This document shows positions 45,951-56,081 of a stretch of DNA of 64,000 bases, piece after piece; positions within the stretch are counted from its first letter, which is position 1, and each line of letters opens with the position of its first letter. Both the position numbers and the translations under genes were made by a program. The stretch spans positions 1-64,000 of IMG/VR virus record IMGVR_UViG_3300033153_005812; one strand, written 5' to 3'. The notes under the pieces were generated by a model. That model did no database searches. It was not told where the DNA came from and worked only from the letters and a program-made list of their open reading frames with translations. This stretch comes from a virus.

Positions 45951-46184
45951 ATGACAATGTTAACACACTACGAATCGTTCTTTCATTATTTTGTAGGGTT
46001 GATCGTAGGAGGTTGGATCTGTCTTAGACATCTTTTTCCTATGATAGGAAGATGGAGTATCAATCGAATGGTTAGGCACTATTATCAAAAGGATGAGAAG
46101 AAACGATCATTATATCATGAAAGATGGACTCAACAAGAAGATTGGGAGGTTGATGTAGGTAGAGAGGAGAGGGGTAAGTTGTAA
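45951..46184 (+). CDS. Small membrane protein
   Basis: N-terminal hydrophobic segment; AAGGAGG RBS. Confidence 0.55.
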   Translation: MTMLTHYESFFHYFVGLIVGGWICLRHLFPMIGRWSINRMVRHYYQKDEKKRSLYHERWTQQEDWEVDVGREERGKL

Positions 46185-46312
46185 GGATATAGAATTTTAG
46201 AAGGAAGATATAACTCCAGTAATAATAGGTACTTATGTCTTAGAAAAAATTATATTTTTGTCCAAACTTTTTCTTCTGGGGGACGTATAACGCAACAGGT
46301 AACTTACAAATC

Positions 46313-46837
46313 ATGTCTGATACTCACTTAGTTTGTGACTTAGTAATAGACGCTGTTGTAGAATGGCTGGGAATGAAATACAGAAAGTCGCAGATTAAAG
46401 CAGAGCTCGCAGAGATAAATGGCGGAGAACCATTAAACATCTGGACTTTCAATGCGATTGTAAAAGCTGCAAAAAAGAAGATACGAGATATCTATCATAT
46501 AGACGCTGTTGAGTCAAAAGGAAGCTCTATTGAGTTTTATTCTGTAATTATTCGTAACCCTAAGATGCCTATAAAGTATAAGCTCATCGCTCAACAACGT
46601 CTTGATGCTCTTCTTGGTCTTGAGCATTTGGCGACAGATGATCCAAAGGTCTACGCTGAAAAGGTTACAGAAGCAATGAAAGCGATGGACGCTTCTGTTG
46701 ATGGATCAGTGAAAGAAGATGAGAAAGTTAAATCTTCAAGTCCGTCTAAAGATGAGACACATAATGATCCTGGATTAGCTGAAGGTCTTAAAGACGTGGA
46801 GCTTAGTAACGATGGCCTTTCTTTGAAGAAGAGGTGA
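46313..46837 (+). CDS. Putative terminase small subunit
   Basis: Position upstream of TerL; helical N-terminus, RLDALLGLE. Confidence 0.55.
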   Translation: MSDTHLVCDLVIDAVVEWLGMKYRKSQIKAELAEINGGEPLNIWTFNAIVKAAKKKIRDIYHIDAVESKGSSIEFYSVIIRNPKMPIKYKLIAQQRLDALLGLEHLATDDPKVYAEKVTEAMKAMDASVDGSVKEDEKVKSSSPSKDETHNDPGLAEGLKDVELSNDGLSLKKR

Positions 46838-46838
46838 G

Positions 46839-47018
46839 ATGAAAGTAATACCAGCACCATTAACGACTGAGGAACAAGAAGCTGTTGTTCAATCTAATTG
46901 TTTACCAGTTGAACAGCGATGGCTTTTGGTTTTTGAAAGTGAGTTAGAAGCTCAGGATTTCATAGAGTACTTACGAAGACAGATGTATAACGAGGATGGT
47001 TCTTTGAAAACTGAATAG
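46839..47018 (+). CDS. Small hypothetical protein (59 aa)
   Basis: GAGGT RBS; fills the gap before TerL. Confidence 0.5.
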   Translation: MKVIPAPLTTEEQEAVVQSNCLPVEQRWLLVFESELEAQDFIEYLRRQMYNEDGSLKTE

Positions 47019-47033
47019 CGAGGTTGTGGGACG

Positions 47034-48374
47034 ATGTCTGAGATCTTAACTCCAAGATGGACTCCGCTCATCCCACATAAAGAACAGATTAGGTTCTACA
47101 ATTCACCGGCCCGTTTTAACATCGCTCACGCCGGACGTAGAGGAGGGAAGACAGAGCTCAGTAAGCGGAAGCTGATTAAGAGAGCGATAAAATGCACTCG
47201 TGGAGATGGCCGATATGTTTTCGGTGCTCCTACTCACATGCAGGCTGTAAAGATCTTTTGGGACGATACGGTTGCGATGGTTCCAAGATGGGCTTTACAA
47301 AACGGTCTACGATCTATTTCAAAATCCTTTAGACACGTTCAGTTGATGAACGGAGCAACGATTGAAGTTGCTGGTTTGGATAGACCGGAACGTATTGAAG
47401 GTCCTCCGCTTGATGGATTTGTAGGTGATGAGTATGGAAACTTTAGGCGAGAGGTTTGGACTCAGCATGTTCGTCCTGCATTGTCTACTCTTGACCGCCC
47501 TGGATGGGCAGATCTTATTGGCGTCCCTGAAGGAAGGAACCACTACTTTCAATTAACACAAGATGTTAAGGACAAAGAAGACTGGGATATCTTCACTTGG
47601 AATACAGCGGAGATAAACCCTGAAGAAGCTGAGTCTGCTCGTGGGGACTTAGATGAGTTGACTTATTCTCAGGAGTATGAGGGAGCTTTTGTATCTTTCA
47701 AAGGGAAAGCATATTATGCGTTTGATCAAGAGTTGAGTTGTCCTCCAGACGGTGTGAGGGTAATATACGATTCACGTTATCCATTGATCTTTTGTCATGA
47801 CTTTAATCGTGTCCCAGGAACATGCCTTATTGCTCAAGAGCTTCCTTGTCCTGATTGGTTGGTGAAAAGAAATAATGGACAGAATAGAGGAACCGTGACT
47901 TGTGCGATCGATGAAATCTTTCTACGACAAGATTCTAATACGGAGAAGGTGTGTGACATCTTAATTCAACGCTGGTCTCATCATACAGGTATTGTCTATC
48001 TACACGGGGATGCAACTGGTGGAGCGAAGGTCTCGTCTGGTATTGCTGGGAGCGACTGGGACATTATAAAGAGTAAGTTGTCTTCTGTCTTTAATCTAAA
48101 AGAACGTTATCCTAAAGCTAATCCATCTATAAGAGTAAGAATCAATTCAACTAATTCCAGGTTACGATCGGCGGACGGATATGTAGGATGTATCGTCGAT
48201 AAAAAAGGTTGTCCAATGTTGATACGAGACTTTGAAGCTGTAACTTGCAACGACGCAGGGGAAATAGAGAAGACTGAAGCTCTATTGACTCACATCTCAG
48301 ATGCTTTTACGTATTATCTTACAGAAGAGTATCCTTGTGGGGGTGGTCACAAATTCAGTAGTCAGTCTATTTAA
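47034..48374 (+). CDS. terL: Terminase large subunit
   Basis: AGRRGGKT, FVGDEY, IGVPEGRN, CHDFN, HISDAFTY. Confidence 0.95.
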   Translation: MSEILTPRWTPLIPHKEQIRFYNSPARFNIAHAGRRGGKTELSKRKLIKRAIKCTRGDGRYVFGAPTHMQAVKIFWDDTVAMVPRWALQNGLRSISKSFRHVQLMNGATIEVAGLDRPERIEGPPLDGFVGDEYGNFRREVWTQHVRPALSTLDRPGWADLIGVPEGRNHYFQLTQDVKDKEDWDIFTWNTAEINPEEAESARGDLDELTYSQEYEGAFVSFKGKAYYAFDQELSCPPDGVRVIYDSRYPLIFCHDFNRVPGTCLIAQELPCPDWLVKRNNGQNRGTVTCAIDEIFLRQDSNTEKVCDILIQRWSHHTGIVYLHGDATGGAKVSSGIAGSDWDIIKSKLSSVFNLKERYPKANPSIRVRINSTNSRLRSADGYVGCIVDKKGCPMLIRDFEAVTCNDAGEIEKTEALLTHISDAFTYYLTEEYPCGGGHKFSSQSI

Positions 48375-48442
48375 CATAATGAAAAAGGGAAAAGATAAAC
48401 AAGAATTCATCAGAGCTAAGAAAGCTCTAAAACAATGTATGT

Positions 48443-48832
48443 ATGATCATGAAAAGACGAACTGTAGTGACTGCCGCTATAGTCGCTTTCAGCATTGTCA
48501 AGTTCTTTACGAGTATGAGGAAGCGTGCAAAAAGGTTCGACGTGGTTGATGATAATCAGACAATCTTTGTAGGGCCGATCTACTCTATTATCCGCAGAGT
48601 TGGAGAAACGATTCGAGTATTCAATGTCTTTGCGGAAAATGAGATAAGTCTTCATATCTTTATGACTCGTTTCGTTGAGAATCGTGATGGTTTTCGTTAT
48701 GATACATTCTTTCCGCACTATGTTATGTTAGAGACAAGACGAGTTGAGATAATCGAAGGTGGAGCAGTTGCAGTAAGTAAAGAGGGTGAGGAGAGTTGTA
48801 TTCATGATTGGTTGATGAAAGCATTAGAATAA
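48443..48832 (+). CDS. Hypothetical protein (start uncertain)
   Basis: ORF; overlaps a short Cys-rich ORF 48379-48549. Confidence 0.45.
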   Translation: MIMKRRTVVTAAIVAFSIVKFFTSMRKRAKRFDVVDDNQTIFVGPIYSIIRRVGETIRVFNVFAENEISLHIFMTRFVENRDGFRYDTFFPHYVMLETRRVEIIEGGAVAVSKEGEESCIHDWLMKALE

Positions 48833-48845
48833 AGGTTTATGTAAG

Positions 48846-49247
48846 ATGAGAGTTAATGGAAAAGAATACTTTGATGATGCGACAATAACCAGAGCCGCTG
48901 ATTTGATAGAAGCAGCGGAGCTCTCTCTTTCAGCTATTTGTAAAGAGCTACATACATCGCTCCCAGTTTTGACAAGAAGTATGAACTTACACTTTCGTAT
49001 TTCTAAAGATGAACCTAATTGGCGAGAGATTTATAAAGCAAAACGGTTAATACTCAAACGGAAGAAGGATGTACGGATTGTCTGGGAATGCCAATCTTGC
49101 AGTTACGAAGCGAAGATAAAATTTGAACGCTGTGCAAAGTGTGGCTCAAATAGTGTAGAGAAGAGGGAGCTAAGAAACAAAATAAGACCAGATGAGATGC
49201 GAGCTATTAAAAAGATAGGATGTGAGTGGAGTAAAGATCATGAGTAG
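48846..49247 (+). CDS. HTH + Zn-ribbon protein
   Basis: LSLSAICKELHTS; WECQSC...CAKCGS. Confidence 0.6.
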   Translation: MRVNGKEYFDDATITRAADLIEAAELSLSAICKELHTSLPVLTRSMNLHFRISKDEPNWREIYKAKRLILKRKKDVRIVWECQSCSYEAKIKFERCAKCGSNSVEKRELRNKIRPDEMRAIKKIGCEWSKDHE

Positions 49248-49384
49248 AACAATTCGTGGGAAGCGTGATGGGACTGGTCCTTATAAAGATTCTTATCAAC
49301 GAAAACGATCTGGGAATAGAGGTAAGCGAAAACAAAGTGGACAAAGATGTCCAAAACGATAATAATACTTGAAAGGATAATGAA

Positions 49385-49837
49385 ATGACGTATGATGAAT
49401 TAAAAGCAAAGATAGACGAGAAAAGAAAGCATTTCGTTTCTGTGCCTGTCTTCGTTCCGGCTGATGCTGCGAATGGAACAATGAGTCCACCGGTTATAAT
49501 GGACGACGCAGTTGAAGAGACTTGGACTGTGACGGCGAAAGCAAATCCGGCGACATTCACGGTGACAGGATCAGTGAGTGGTCTTGACGCTAATGAAGCT
49601 ACTCCTGGGGAGATATATGTTACCGCAGATGGTAAGGTTAGTTTTCTTCTCACCGATGGATCCGTTACGTTCGAGGAAAATGACGAATTTACATTCAGCA
49701 TCGAACATAAGACTTCCGGCGTGGAGGGTGCAACTATAATTCGAGAGCTCAATTTTATAGTGCATTCTCAAGCGGATGATGTCAAGGTCGGCTACGATGT
49801 GGAGAACAACGCAATTCGTGTTATTAAAATGACCTAA
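49385..49837 (+). CDS. Putative virion structural/decoration protein
   Basis: ETWTVT...FTVTGSVSG...KVSF..TDG...FEENDEFTF, similar to an internal segment of the 1-2880 tail protein. Confidence 0.6.
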   Translation: MTYDELKAKIDEKRKHFVSVPVFVPADAANGTMSPPVIMDDAVEETWTVTAKANPATFTVTGSVSGLDANEATPGEIYVTADGKVSFLLTDGSVTFEENDEFTFSIEHKTSGVEGATIIRELNFIVHSQADDVKVGYDVENNAIRVIKMT

Positions 49838-49928
49838 GAGTTAATATGTTTTGGGAATCACTATTTCTGGTAACTTATGCGATGTGTTATATCGCAGTTT
49901 GGATTATCCCTTATTGGAGGTCAGTACG

Positions 49929-50384
49929 ATGCGTAAAATAATGTGTATATGGATTTTAATGGTTTTGTTCTCTCTCGGCGGATGTCTTATGACACAGAAC
50001 GAGGATGGGGATTCGCAGTATAATTTGGATCCTAATGTGGCTCAGAAGATAGAAGAGGGTGGAGAAGCTACTCTCGGTCTATTAGATTTATTGGCTCCTC
50101 TTTTCGGCCCTGCTGGTGGAGTGGTAGTTGGAGCATTTGCTTCGGCTCTGGCAGTTTTCAGGAAGATGCATCCAAAGTTGGAGATAGCACAAAATAAATA
50201 CGAATTATCTAATACCATCGCTTTGATCGTGGTTGAGGAAATTGAACACTTAAAGAAAGAACATCCACAGATTTGGAAGAAGATGGCTAAGAAGTTAGCT
50301 ATCGAATGTGAAGCGTCTGGGATTGATACAAAGATCATAGAGAATGCAATTCGAGGTCTACGTGGACTACCAGCGAAGAAGTAA
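49929..50384 (+). CDS. Lipoprotein with internal TM segment
   Basis: GGAGG RBS, MRKIM..LFSLGGC lipobox, hydrophobic GPAGGVVVGAFASALAVF. Confidence 0.65.
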   Translation: MRKIMCIWILMVLFSLGGCLMTQNEDGDSQYNLDPNVAQKIEEGGEATLGLLDLLAPLFGPAGGVVVGAFASALAVFRKMHPKLEIAQNKYELSNTIALIVVEEIEHLKKEHPQIWKKMAKKLAIECEASGIDTKIIENAIRGLRGLPAKK

Positions 50385-50407
50385 GCCGGACTCCTCAAGA
50401 GCCTATA

Positions 50408-50445
50408 CACCTCCTTGGTCAAAAGCTGCGGCTGACAGGGAGGTG
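50408..50445 (+). other. Intergenic stem-loop
   Basis: CACCTCCTT(G)GTCA / TGACAGGGAGGTG; no U-tract. Confidence 0.55.
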
Positions 50446-50472
50446 CAATCATAAGATAGGATTATTATTATT

Positions 50473-50691
50473 ATGGCAAAGAAAAAAGCTAAAAAGAAAG
50501 TAAAGAGAACAAAGAAAAGAGCTAAGAATTTAACAGCGACAAATTCTAATACCAGCTATGTCGTAGAGAATGCTGCTGATACGCTAATGAGAGCGAGTGA
50601 GATCAATGCAAATCCAAATCTCAAACGACGAGCAAAGGCTTTGTTGAAACAGCGTCAAAGGCTTATTGGAAAAACTATCAACGGGAAATAA
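50473..50691 (+). CDS. Small basic protein
   Basis: MAKKKAKKKVKR; VENAADTLMRASEI. Confidence 0.65.
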   Translation: MAKKKAKKKVKRTKKRAKNLTATNSNTSYVVENAADTLMRASEINANPNLKRRAKALLKQRQRLIGKTINGK

Positions 50692-50693
50692 AA

Positions 50694-51047
50694 ATGGCTC
50701 CTTCATATCCGTCTGACGAAGAGTTGTTGAATATACATTTTGAGGATGAGGATGATGATAGGATAGACGCCGTATTGTGTATAATTGATTTTGAAAATGT
50801 CGATGAAGCGATAGCTTTTGCATTAGAGCATTGGCCAGATCAGACAGCGAAAAACATAGAAACAATGCGAGTAATTCAAGCTGAGGAGCTCGAAGAGGGG
50901 GATGCTTGGCTCTGCATGATCGGTGTTTGTGATATTTGTGGTGCTGAAGGGATTAACTTTCTTCCGGCTGCCGTTTTTGAAGACGAGATAGTTGGAACAG
51001 AGTGCTTTTGTTGTGGGAATATGTCAATGTATCCAAAGGAAAGGTAG
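50694..51047 (+). CDS. Acidic Zn-ribbon protein
   Basis: CDIC...CFCC. Confidence 0.6.
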   Translation: MAPSYPSDEELLNIHFEDEDDDRIDAVLCIIDFENVDEAIAFALEHWPDQTAKNIETMRVIQAEELEEGDAWLCMIGVCDICGAEGINFLPAAVFEDEIVGTECFCCGNMSMYPKER

Positions 51048-51054
51048 ACTTACG

Positions 51055-51738
51055 ATGAATCATAAGACTATAAAAATTATTATACTTATGCTGGGACTGA
51101 TATCTCTTTCTTGCAGTCCTAATCTTTCAAAATTACAACAAGGAGCTTTGGTGTATCAACAGACACTACCTTCAGTTGTGATGGTGAAAGGCGAAGTGAT
51201 GAATAACTGGAGGGGGAGTGAGATACAAGGTATTGGGACAGGCTTCTTTATCAATAAAGAATATGTTCTTACGAATCATCATATCGCATCTATAATAGCC
51301 GACGGCACAATAAAGCTACGCCTTTGGAATGGAGAGATGATCTCGGCTAAAAAGATAGCGTTAGATGAGAAATACGATTTAGCACTTCTTCAAGTTGATG
51401 TTGAAGATACTCGGTTTTATGATTTACCTGAGTTGAATCTTGAAACTATTCCGCAGATCGGTGACGAGGTTTATATAATCGGTTCTCCTCGGTTATACTA
51501 CAATACGATGACAAAAGGAATTTTATCAAGAAAGTCAACAACAGGGAATTCTGCAGGATGGCTTTGGAATTGTAAAATTTATTTTGTCGATGCTCCTATT
51601 CAAGGAGGGAACTCTGGTAGTCCAGTTCTTGATATAGATTCTGGTGTGATTGGGATTGTGTCAGGTATGGGTGGTAATTTAACGATAGTAATTCCGTCAT
51701 ATAGTATCCTTTCTTTCTTAAAAGAACAAGGTATCTAA
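51055..51738 (+). CDS. Trypsin-like (HtrA-type, no PDZ) serine protease with lipoprotein signal
   Basis: LISLSC lipobox; GTGF, TNHH, DLALL, GNSGSP triad motifs. Confidence 0.9.
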   Translation: MNHKTIKIIILMLGLISLSCSPNLSKLQQGALVYQQTLPSVVMVKGEVMNNWRGSEIQGIGTGFFINKEYVLTNHHIASIIADGTIKLRLWNGEMISAKKIALDEKYDLALLQVDVEDTRFYDLPELNLETIPQIGDEVYIIGSPRLYYNTMTKGILSRKSTTGNSAGWLWNCKIYFVDAPIQGGNSGSPVLDIDSGVIGIVSGMGGNLTIVIPSYSILSFLKEQGI

Positions 51739-51739
51739 T

Positions 51740-53191
51740 ATGGCTAACGATATTGCGATTCCGTGTGTCGGTTATGATGTGATGTCTCCAGATTGGGATC
51801 TTCTCCACGATCTTTTAGGAGGCACAAGAGCAATGAGATTAACTGGTGAGAAATGGCTCCCCAGAGAACCTCGAGAGGAAGGTTATAATGCACGATTGAA
51901 TCGGTCTATACTATACAATGCCTATCGAGATACTTTGAGTAAACTTGCAAACAGACCGTTCGCTCATCCTATACAATTTACAGATTTACCAGATGAGTTG
52001 ACATACTTAATAGACGATGTTGATGCTACTGGTAAGTCTTTTGAGTCTTTTGCAAGAGAGGTCTTAAAAGATCTGATAAATTACGGTCTTGCTCATATCT
52101 TTGTAGATCATAGCGAATTACCGGAAGTTGTAGAAGGTGAAACTCTTACGAAAGCAGATGAGGAAAGATTAGGAGCAAGAGTTCTTCTAAATGTTATTCA
52201 TCCTCCTAATCTTATCGGTTGGCAGACAGAGATTGTTGATAAACGGGTGACACTAACACAGATAAGAGTAAAAGAAATTATAACAGAAGCTTTTGGAGAT
52301 TATGGTGATGCAGATATAAATTATATAAGAGTCTATACTCGAACTGGTTGGGAAGTTCATCAAGAGTTTGATTCAGAGAATAAAGAAGGTGAAAAAGTTT
52401 GGAAAATAGTTGAATCAGGGGAGCACACTTTTGGTAGTATTTCTTTAGTGACAATCTATGCAAATAGAGTCGGGTTTATGATGGCCGAACCTTCGTTAAT
52501 GGATTTAGCATGGCTTAATCTTGCTCATTGGCAATCTTATTCAGATCAAAGAAACATTTTGCGTCTTTCACGGTTTGGTCTTCTTTTCGGTAAAGGTTTT
52601 CCTAAAGATATGGTTGGACAATCGCTCGATATTGGACCGAGTAAGGCTTTCTTAACAACAGATACGAATGCGGATTTGAAATATGTTGAACATACTGGAG
52701 CGTCAATTGAGGCTGGAGCAAAGGATATCGAAGACATTGAAATTAAGATGGAGATCCTTGGTCAGCAGCCTTTGATGCGGAGTACTTCGCTTAGCACCGC
52801 AACAGCAAAACGAATCGATGAGAGTAGAAATGTCAGTCAACTTCAATCTTGGGTGAGAAGTCTTGAAAGAGGATTATTGCAAGCTATTGAAATGGCTTGT
52901 GAATGGCGAAAAATTGAGATGCCGGAAACTACAAAGATCGATATCTTTAGTGATTTTGAAGTTGCGATTTCTGGATCTACAGATAAAGAGTTACTTTTGA
53001 AAGCACGAACGGAGGGCGAGATCACAAGGGAAAGGTTCTTAAGGGAGGAACAGCGTAGAGGTGTGTTCTCTGGTGATATGGATCCTGAGGAAGAAGCTAA
53101 AGCTGCGGAGAAGGAGAGCGTAGATGATTTGAGTAATTATATTGAACCAGAAAAAGATAAAGAAGAGGAGAATGAAGAAGAGGAAGACTAA
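51740..53191 (+). CDS. Portal protein (DUF4055-type)
   Basis: GGTRAMR..G..WLP.EP.E..YNARL.RS; LMDLAWLNLAHWQSYSDQ. Confidence 0.9.
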   Translation: MANDIAIPCVGYDVMSPDWDLLHDLLGGTRAMRLTGEKWLPREPREEGYNARLNRSILYNAYRDTLSKLANRPFAHPIQFTDLPDELTYLIDDVDATGKSFESFAREVLKDLINYGLAHIFVDHSELPEVVEGETLTKADEERLGARVLLNVIHPPNLIGWQTEIVDKRVTLTQIRVKEIITEAFGDYGDADINYIRVYTRTGWEVHQEFDSENKEGEKVWKIVESGEHTFGSISLVTIYANRVGFMMAEPSLMDLAWLNLAHWQSYSDQRNILRLSRFGLLFGKGFPKDMVGQSLDIGPSKAFLTTDTNADLKYVEHTGASIEAGAKDIEDIEIKMEILGQQPLMRSTSLSTATAKRIDESRNVSQLQSWVRSLERGLLQAIEMACEWRKIEMPETTKIDIFSDFEVAISGSTDKELLLKARTEGEITRERFLREEQRRGVFSGDMDPEEEAKAAEKESVDDLSNYIEPEKDKEEENEEEED

Positions 53192-53233
53192 TCTGAAAGG
53201 AATGTAGAAATTAAGCCTGTAAATCAAGAACTA

Positions 53234-55480
53234 ATGGATCGCTATATTCGACATGCTGTCTATGTTGAGAGATTCAAAGCTGGAGAAGCTAAGAAGATAG
53301 CACAACATTTGAATAAAGAAGTTTTTCCAGAGCTCATTGACAAGTTAATGGCTAAACTCAAAGCTATAGATCCCAGCAAATTAAGTAAGACTTGGACTAC
53401 GAAACGTCTCAAGGGTCTAATAGCTGCTACAGATAGAATTATTACAACAGGAATGATGCGAGCAGAAGAAACGACTGTGAATAATTTAATGGATTTGGCG
53501 GAGTGGGAAGCGAGATGGAATAAAAATGTAATCGAGAATACTGTTCCATTAGATATCGATATGACAATGCCGAATCCTGAAGTTCTACGTCAATCTGTTT
53601 TATCATCTTCTTTTGAAGGTCATAAACTTAAGACGTGGTTCAAGGCTTATAGTAAGTCTGTTCGTGTAGGGATGATGGGAGCGGTGAGAAAAGGTATTGC
53701 AGGTGGCGAATCTATACCTGATATTGGAAGACGTCTTCGTAAAGTTGCATCTTTGAAACGAAAACAAGCAGAAGCCATCGCAAGAACGGCTGTTAGTAGT
53801 GTCGTGAATAATGCCAGAGATGCTGTTTATGAACAAAATACGGATCTTGTAAAAGCTGTTCAGTTCGTCGCGACTTTAGATACCAGAACTACTTTAACTT
53901 GCATAGGTTTAGACGGTAAAGTTTTTCCAACCGGAGAAGGACCACGACCACCGATGCACTTCGCTTGCAGAAGTACGACAATTCCTATTATCTCTTCTTG
54001 GAAAGAGTTTGGAATTAAAGATCCACCTCCTGCGACTCGTGCCTCGATGACAGGAGCGGTCCCTGCAAAGACAACATATAAGTCTTGGCTGAAGAAACAG
54101 AACAAAGCAACACAAATAAAAGTTCTTGGAAAGAAACGTGCTGAGCTTTATCGTAGCGGTCAAGTTACGATTGATAAATTTGTAGGTAAGGATTACAAAC
54201 CGCTGACGCTGAAGCAGATTGCAAAGAGAGAAGGTGTCGGTGTACCTGCTCCTCGTGCTGTTAAGACGATTGAAGCTATACCGATAAAAGGAACTGGAGA
54301 GCCACTTACATCTGTAGAAAAAACTTTGATAAAAGAATATACAGATATAAGTGGGACTTATACGGAAATAATTCCTCGACAATTAGGGAAAGTTCCTGCA
54401 TATTCTTATTGGACTAAAAAACAGGCTCTTGGATATGCTGGACAAATAGAAGATGCGTTGAAAAAATTGCCCGGACAAAAAGTAACATCTTATCGTGCAA
54501 TGGATTTTGCTACAGCAAAATCTAAAGCCAAGTTTATGAAAGAATTAACATCCGGTGAGGTTTGGCGTTCAAAAACATTTTTGTCTACTTCGACAATGGA
54601 GAAGAAGGTTAATTTCTTTATAGATGCGAGGACAGGAGTGTATGGTGAGGGTCATAATTTAGTGATGGTTATCAAAGGGAGAACTGGTCGTGATATAGCG
54701 AAGTGGTCAGCAGAAAAGGCAGAGAGGGAAATTTTATTCATAAAGGGGACTACGTTCAAAATTGATAAAATTGTTGGTAATAAAGTTTTCATGACGGAAA
54801 TAACAAAACAGACTCAATTAAAGAAAGTTCGACCTATTTCATCGGTCACAACTACATCGAAAGTCGGTACATCTTATGTAGGTACGACATCAAAAGAATT
54901 TAGAAAGCTGGTCGACGATACAATTGAAGCTTATCCCGAGAAAGTAAAACTGGCTTTGAATGATAACGGTATTTCATATAAGGTTGGAAATAAATTAACT
55001 GAAATATTCCCAGACTTCAAAGGTAAGCATCCAAGAGGATGGCCTTCTGGGACAACTTGGGATTCTGTCAATGGAGTATATATCAAATCAACCAAATCTA
55101 TCACTGTGGCTGAAACTTATCGTCCAGTTAGAAGTAAGGTTTTCACGGATACACCTAAAAGTCAGATAAAAGGAATTTTGAATCACGAAACTGGTCATGG
55201 ATTTAATCGGACTCTACGTATAAGAGAGAAAATTCTAACTGAATACTGCAACACAGGTGAATTCAAAACAGCCTATGCAAAAGATTTCGGTGCGATGACT
55301 AAAGATGAGATAAAGCGTAAAGGCTTACAATACTACCATCAAGCTGGTGAAGCTGGTAGGAGTGAAACCTTCGCTGAAGTTTTTGCTGATATAATGGGAC
55401 AAGGTGCTCAACCTGAAGGAATAGATATTAGCGAGTATTTTCCTAACTGTAGAAAGTATATTGAGGATTTGTTAAAGTGA
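53234..55480 (+). CDS. MuF minor head protein fused to ADP-ribosyltransferase-like and zincin metallopeptidase-like domains
   Basis: ATLDTRTT..C..LDG...PPMHFACRS (MuF); YR, FLSTS, EREILF (ART R-S-E); HETGH, ETFAE. Confidence 0.88.
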   Translation: MDRYIRHAVYVERFKAGEAKKIAQHLNKEVFPELIDKLMAKLKAIDPSKLSKTWTTKRLKGLIAATDRIITTGMMRAEETTVNNLMDLAEWEARWNKNVIENTVPLDIDMTMPNPEVLRQSVLSSSFEGHKLKTWFKAYSKSVRVGMMGAVRKGIAGGESIPDIGRRLRKVASLKRKQAEAIARTAVSSVVNNARDAVYEQNTDLVKAVQFVATLDTRTTLTCIGLDGKVFPTGEGPRPPMHFACRSTTIPIISSWKEFGIKDPPPATRASMTGAVPAKTTYKSWLKKQNKATQIKVLGKKRAELYRSGQVTIDKFVGKDYKPLTLKQIAKREGVGVPAPRAVKTIEAIPIKGTGEPLTSVEKTLIKEYTDISGTYTEIIPRQLGKVPAYSYWTKKQALGYAGQIEDALKKLPGQKVTSYRAMDFATAKSKAKFMKELTSGEVWRSKTFLSTSTMEKKVNFFIDARTGVYGEGHNLVMVIKGRTGRDIAKWSAEKAEREILFIKGTTFKIDKIVGNKVFMTEITKQTQLKKVRPISSVTTTSKVGTSYVGTTSKEFRKLVDDTIEAYPEKVKLALNDNGISYKVGNKLTEIFPDFKGKHPRGWPSGTTWDSVNGVYIKSTKSITVAETYRPVRSKVFTDTPKSQIKGILNHETGHGFNRTLRIREKILTEYCNTGEFKTAYAKDFGAMTKDEIKRKGLQYYHQAGEAGRSETFAEVFADIMGQGAQPEGIDISEYFPNCRKYIEDLLK

Positions 55481-55707
55481 AAATCAAACAAACGATAGTT
55501 CCAGCCTACGGGGACGGTGTAGTCGGAGACACAATAATCGCTATGTCTGTTCAATGTTTATCTTGTAGACATCTTCATAATAATATGACGACTTGTAAGG
55601 CGTTCCCAGACGGGATTCCTTCAAAGATTTTATTAGGGCGATGGGATCATATAGAATCATTCAAAAATGATAATGGAATTCGTTTCGAGAAAGTGGAAGG
55701 TCTATAA
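55477..55707 (+). CDS. Small Cys/His protein, candidate MuF-toxin immunity/partner
   Basis: CLSCRH...CKAFPDGIP..IL.G..DH...DNGIRFE; GTGA overlap with muF. Confidence 0.65.
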   Translation: MKIKQTIVPAYGDGVVGDTIIAMSVQCLSCRHLHNNMTTCKAFPDGIPSKILLGRWDHIESFKNDNGIRFEKVEGL

Positions 55708-55810
55708 TGACTGAAGAATTAGAAGTTTTTAATAGATTCATGGGTATCCCTGAGGAATTTGAATTTGTAGGGATGGAAGAGGAAGTTGAAGTTAGTGAGG
55801 TTGAAGAGTA

Positions 55811-56059
55811 ATGCCATATCCAAATTTCCATTCTGCTCGTATTCGCCAGCCAGGAAGATTCGTGAGGATTAGAGTTCTTCGAATACTTTCAAATGGCATT
55901 ATGATTTATGGCGGTCCATTAAAGAGTGATTCTCGTGGATTAAGTAAAACGCAGTCTTATCGTTTTCCAGTAAAGAAATGGACTGTTGCTCAGGCGAAAG
56001 CATGGCTCAGAAAACATAAAATTAAGTGGCTTTTGTTTGAAAAAGCTACAAAGAAATAA
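55811..56059 (+). CDS. Hypothetical head-module protein
   Basis: MPYPNFHSARIRQP...QSYRFP..KWT..QAKAWL. Confidence 0.7.
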   Translation: MPYPNFHSARIRQPGRFVRIRVLRILSNGIMIYGGPLKSDSRGLSKTQSYRFPVKKWTVAQAKAWLRKHKIKWLLFEKATKK

Positions 56060-56081
56060 AAACCTTTTTGGAGACCTAACT

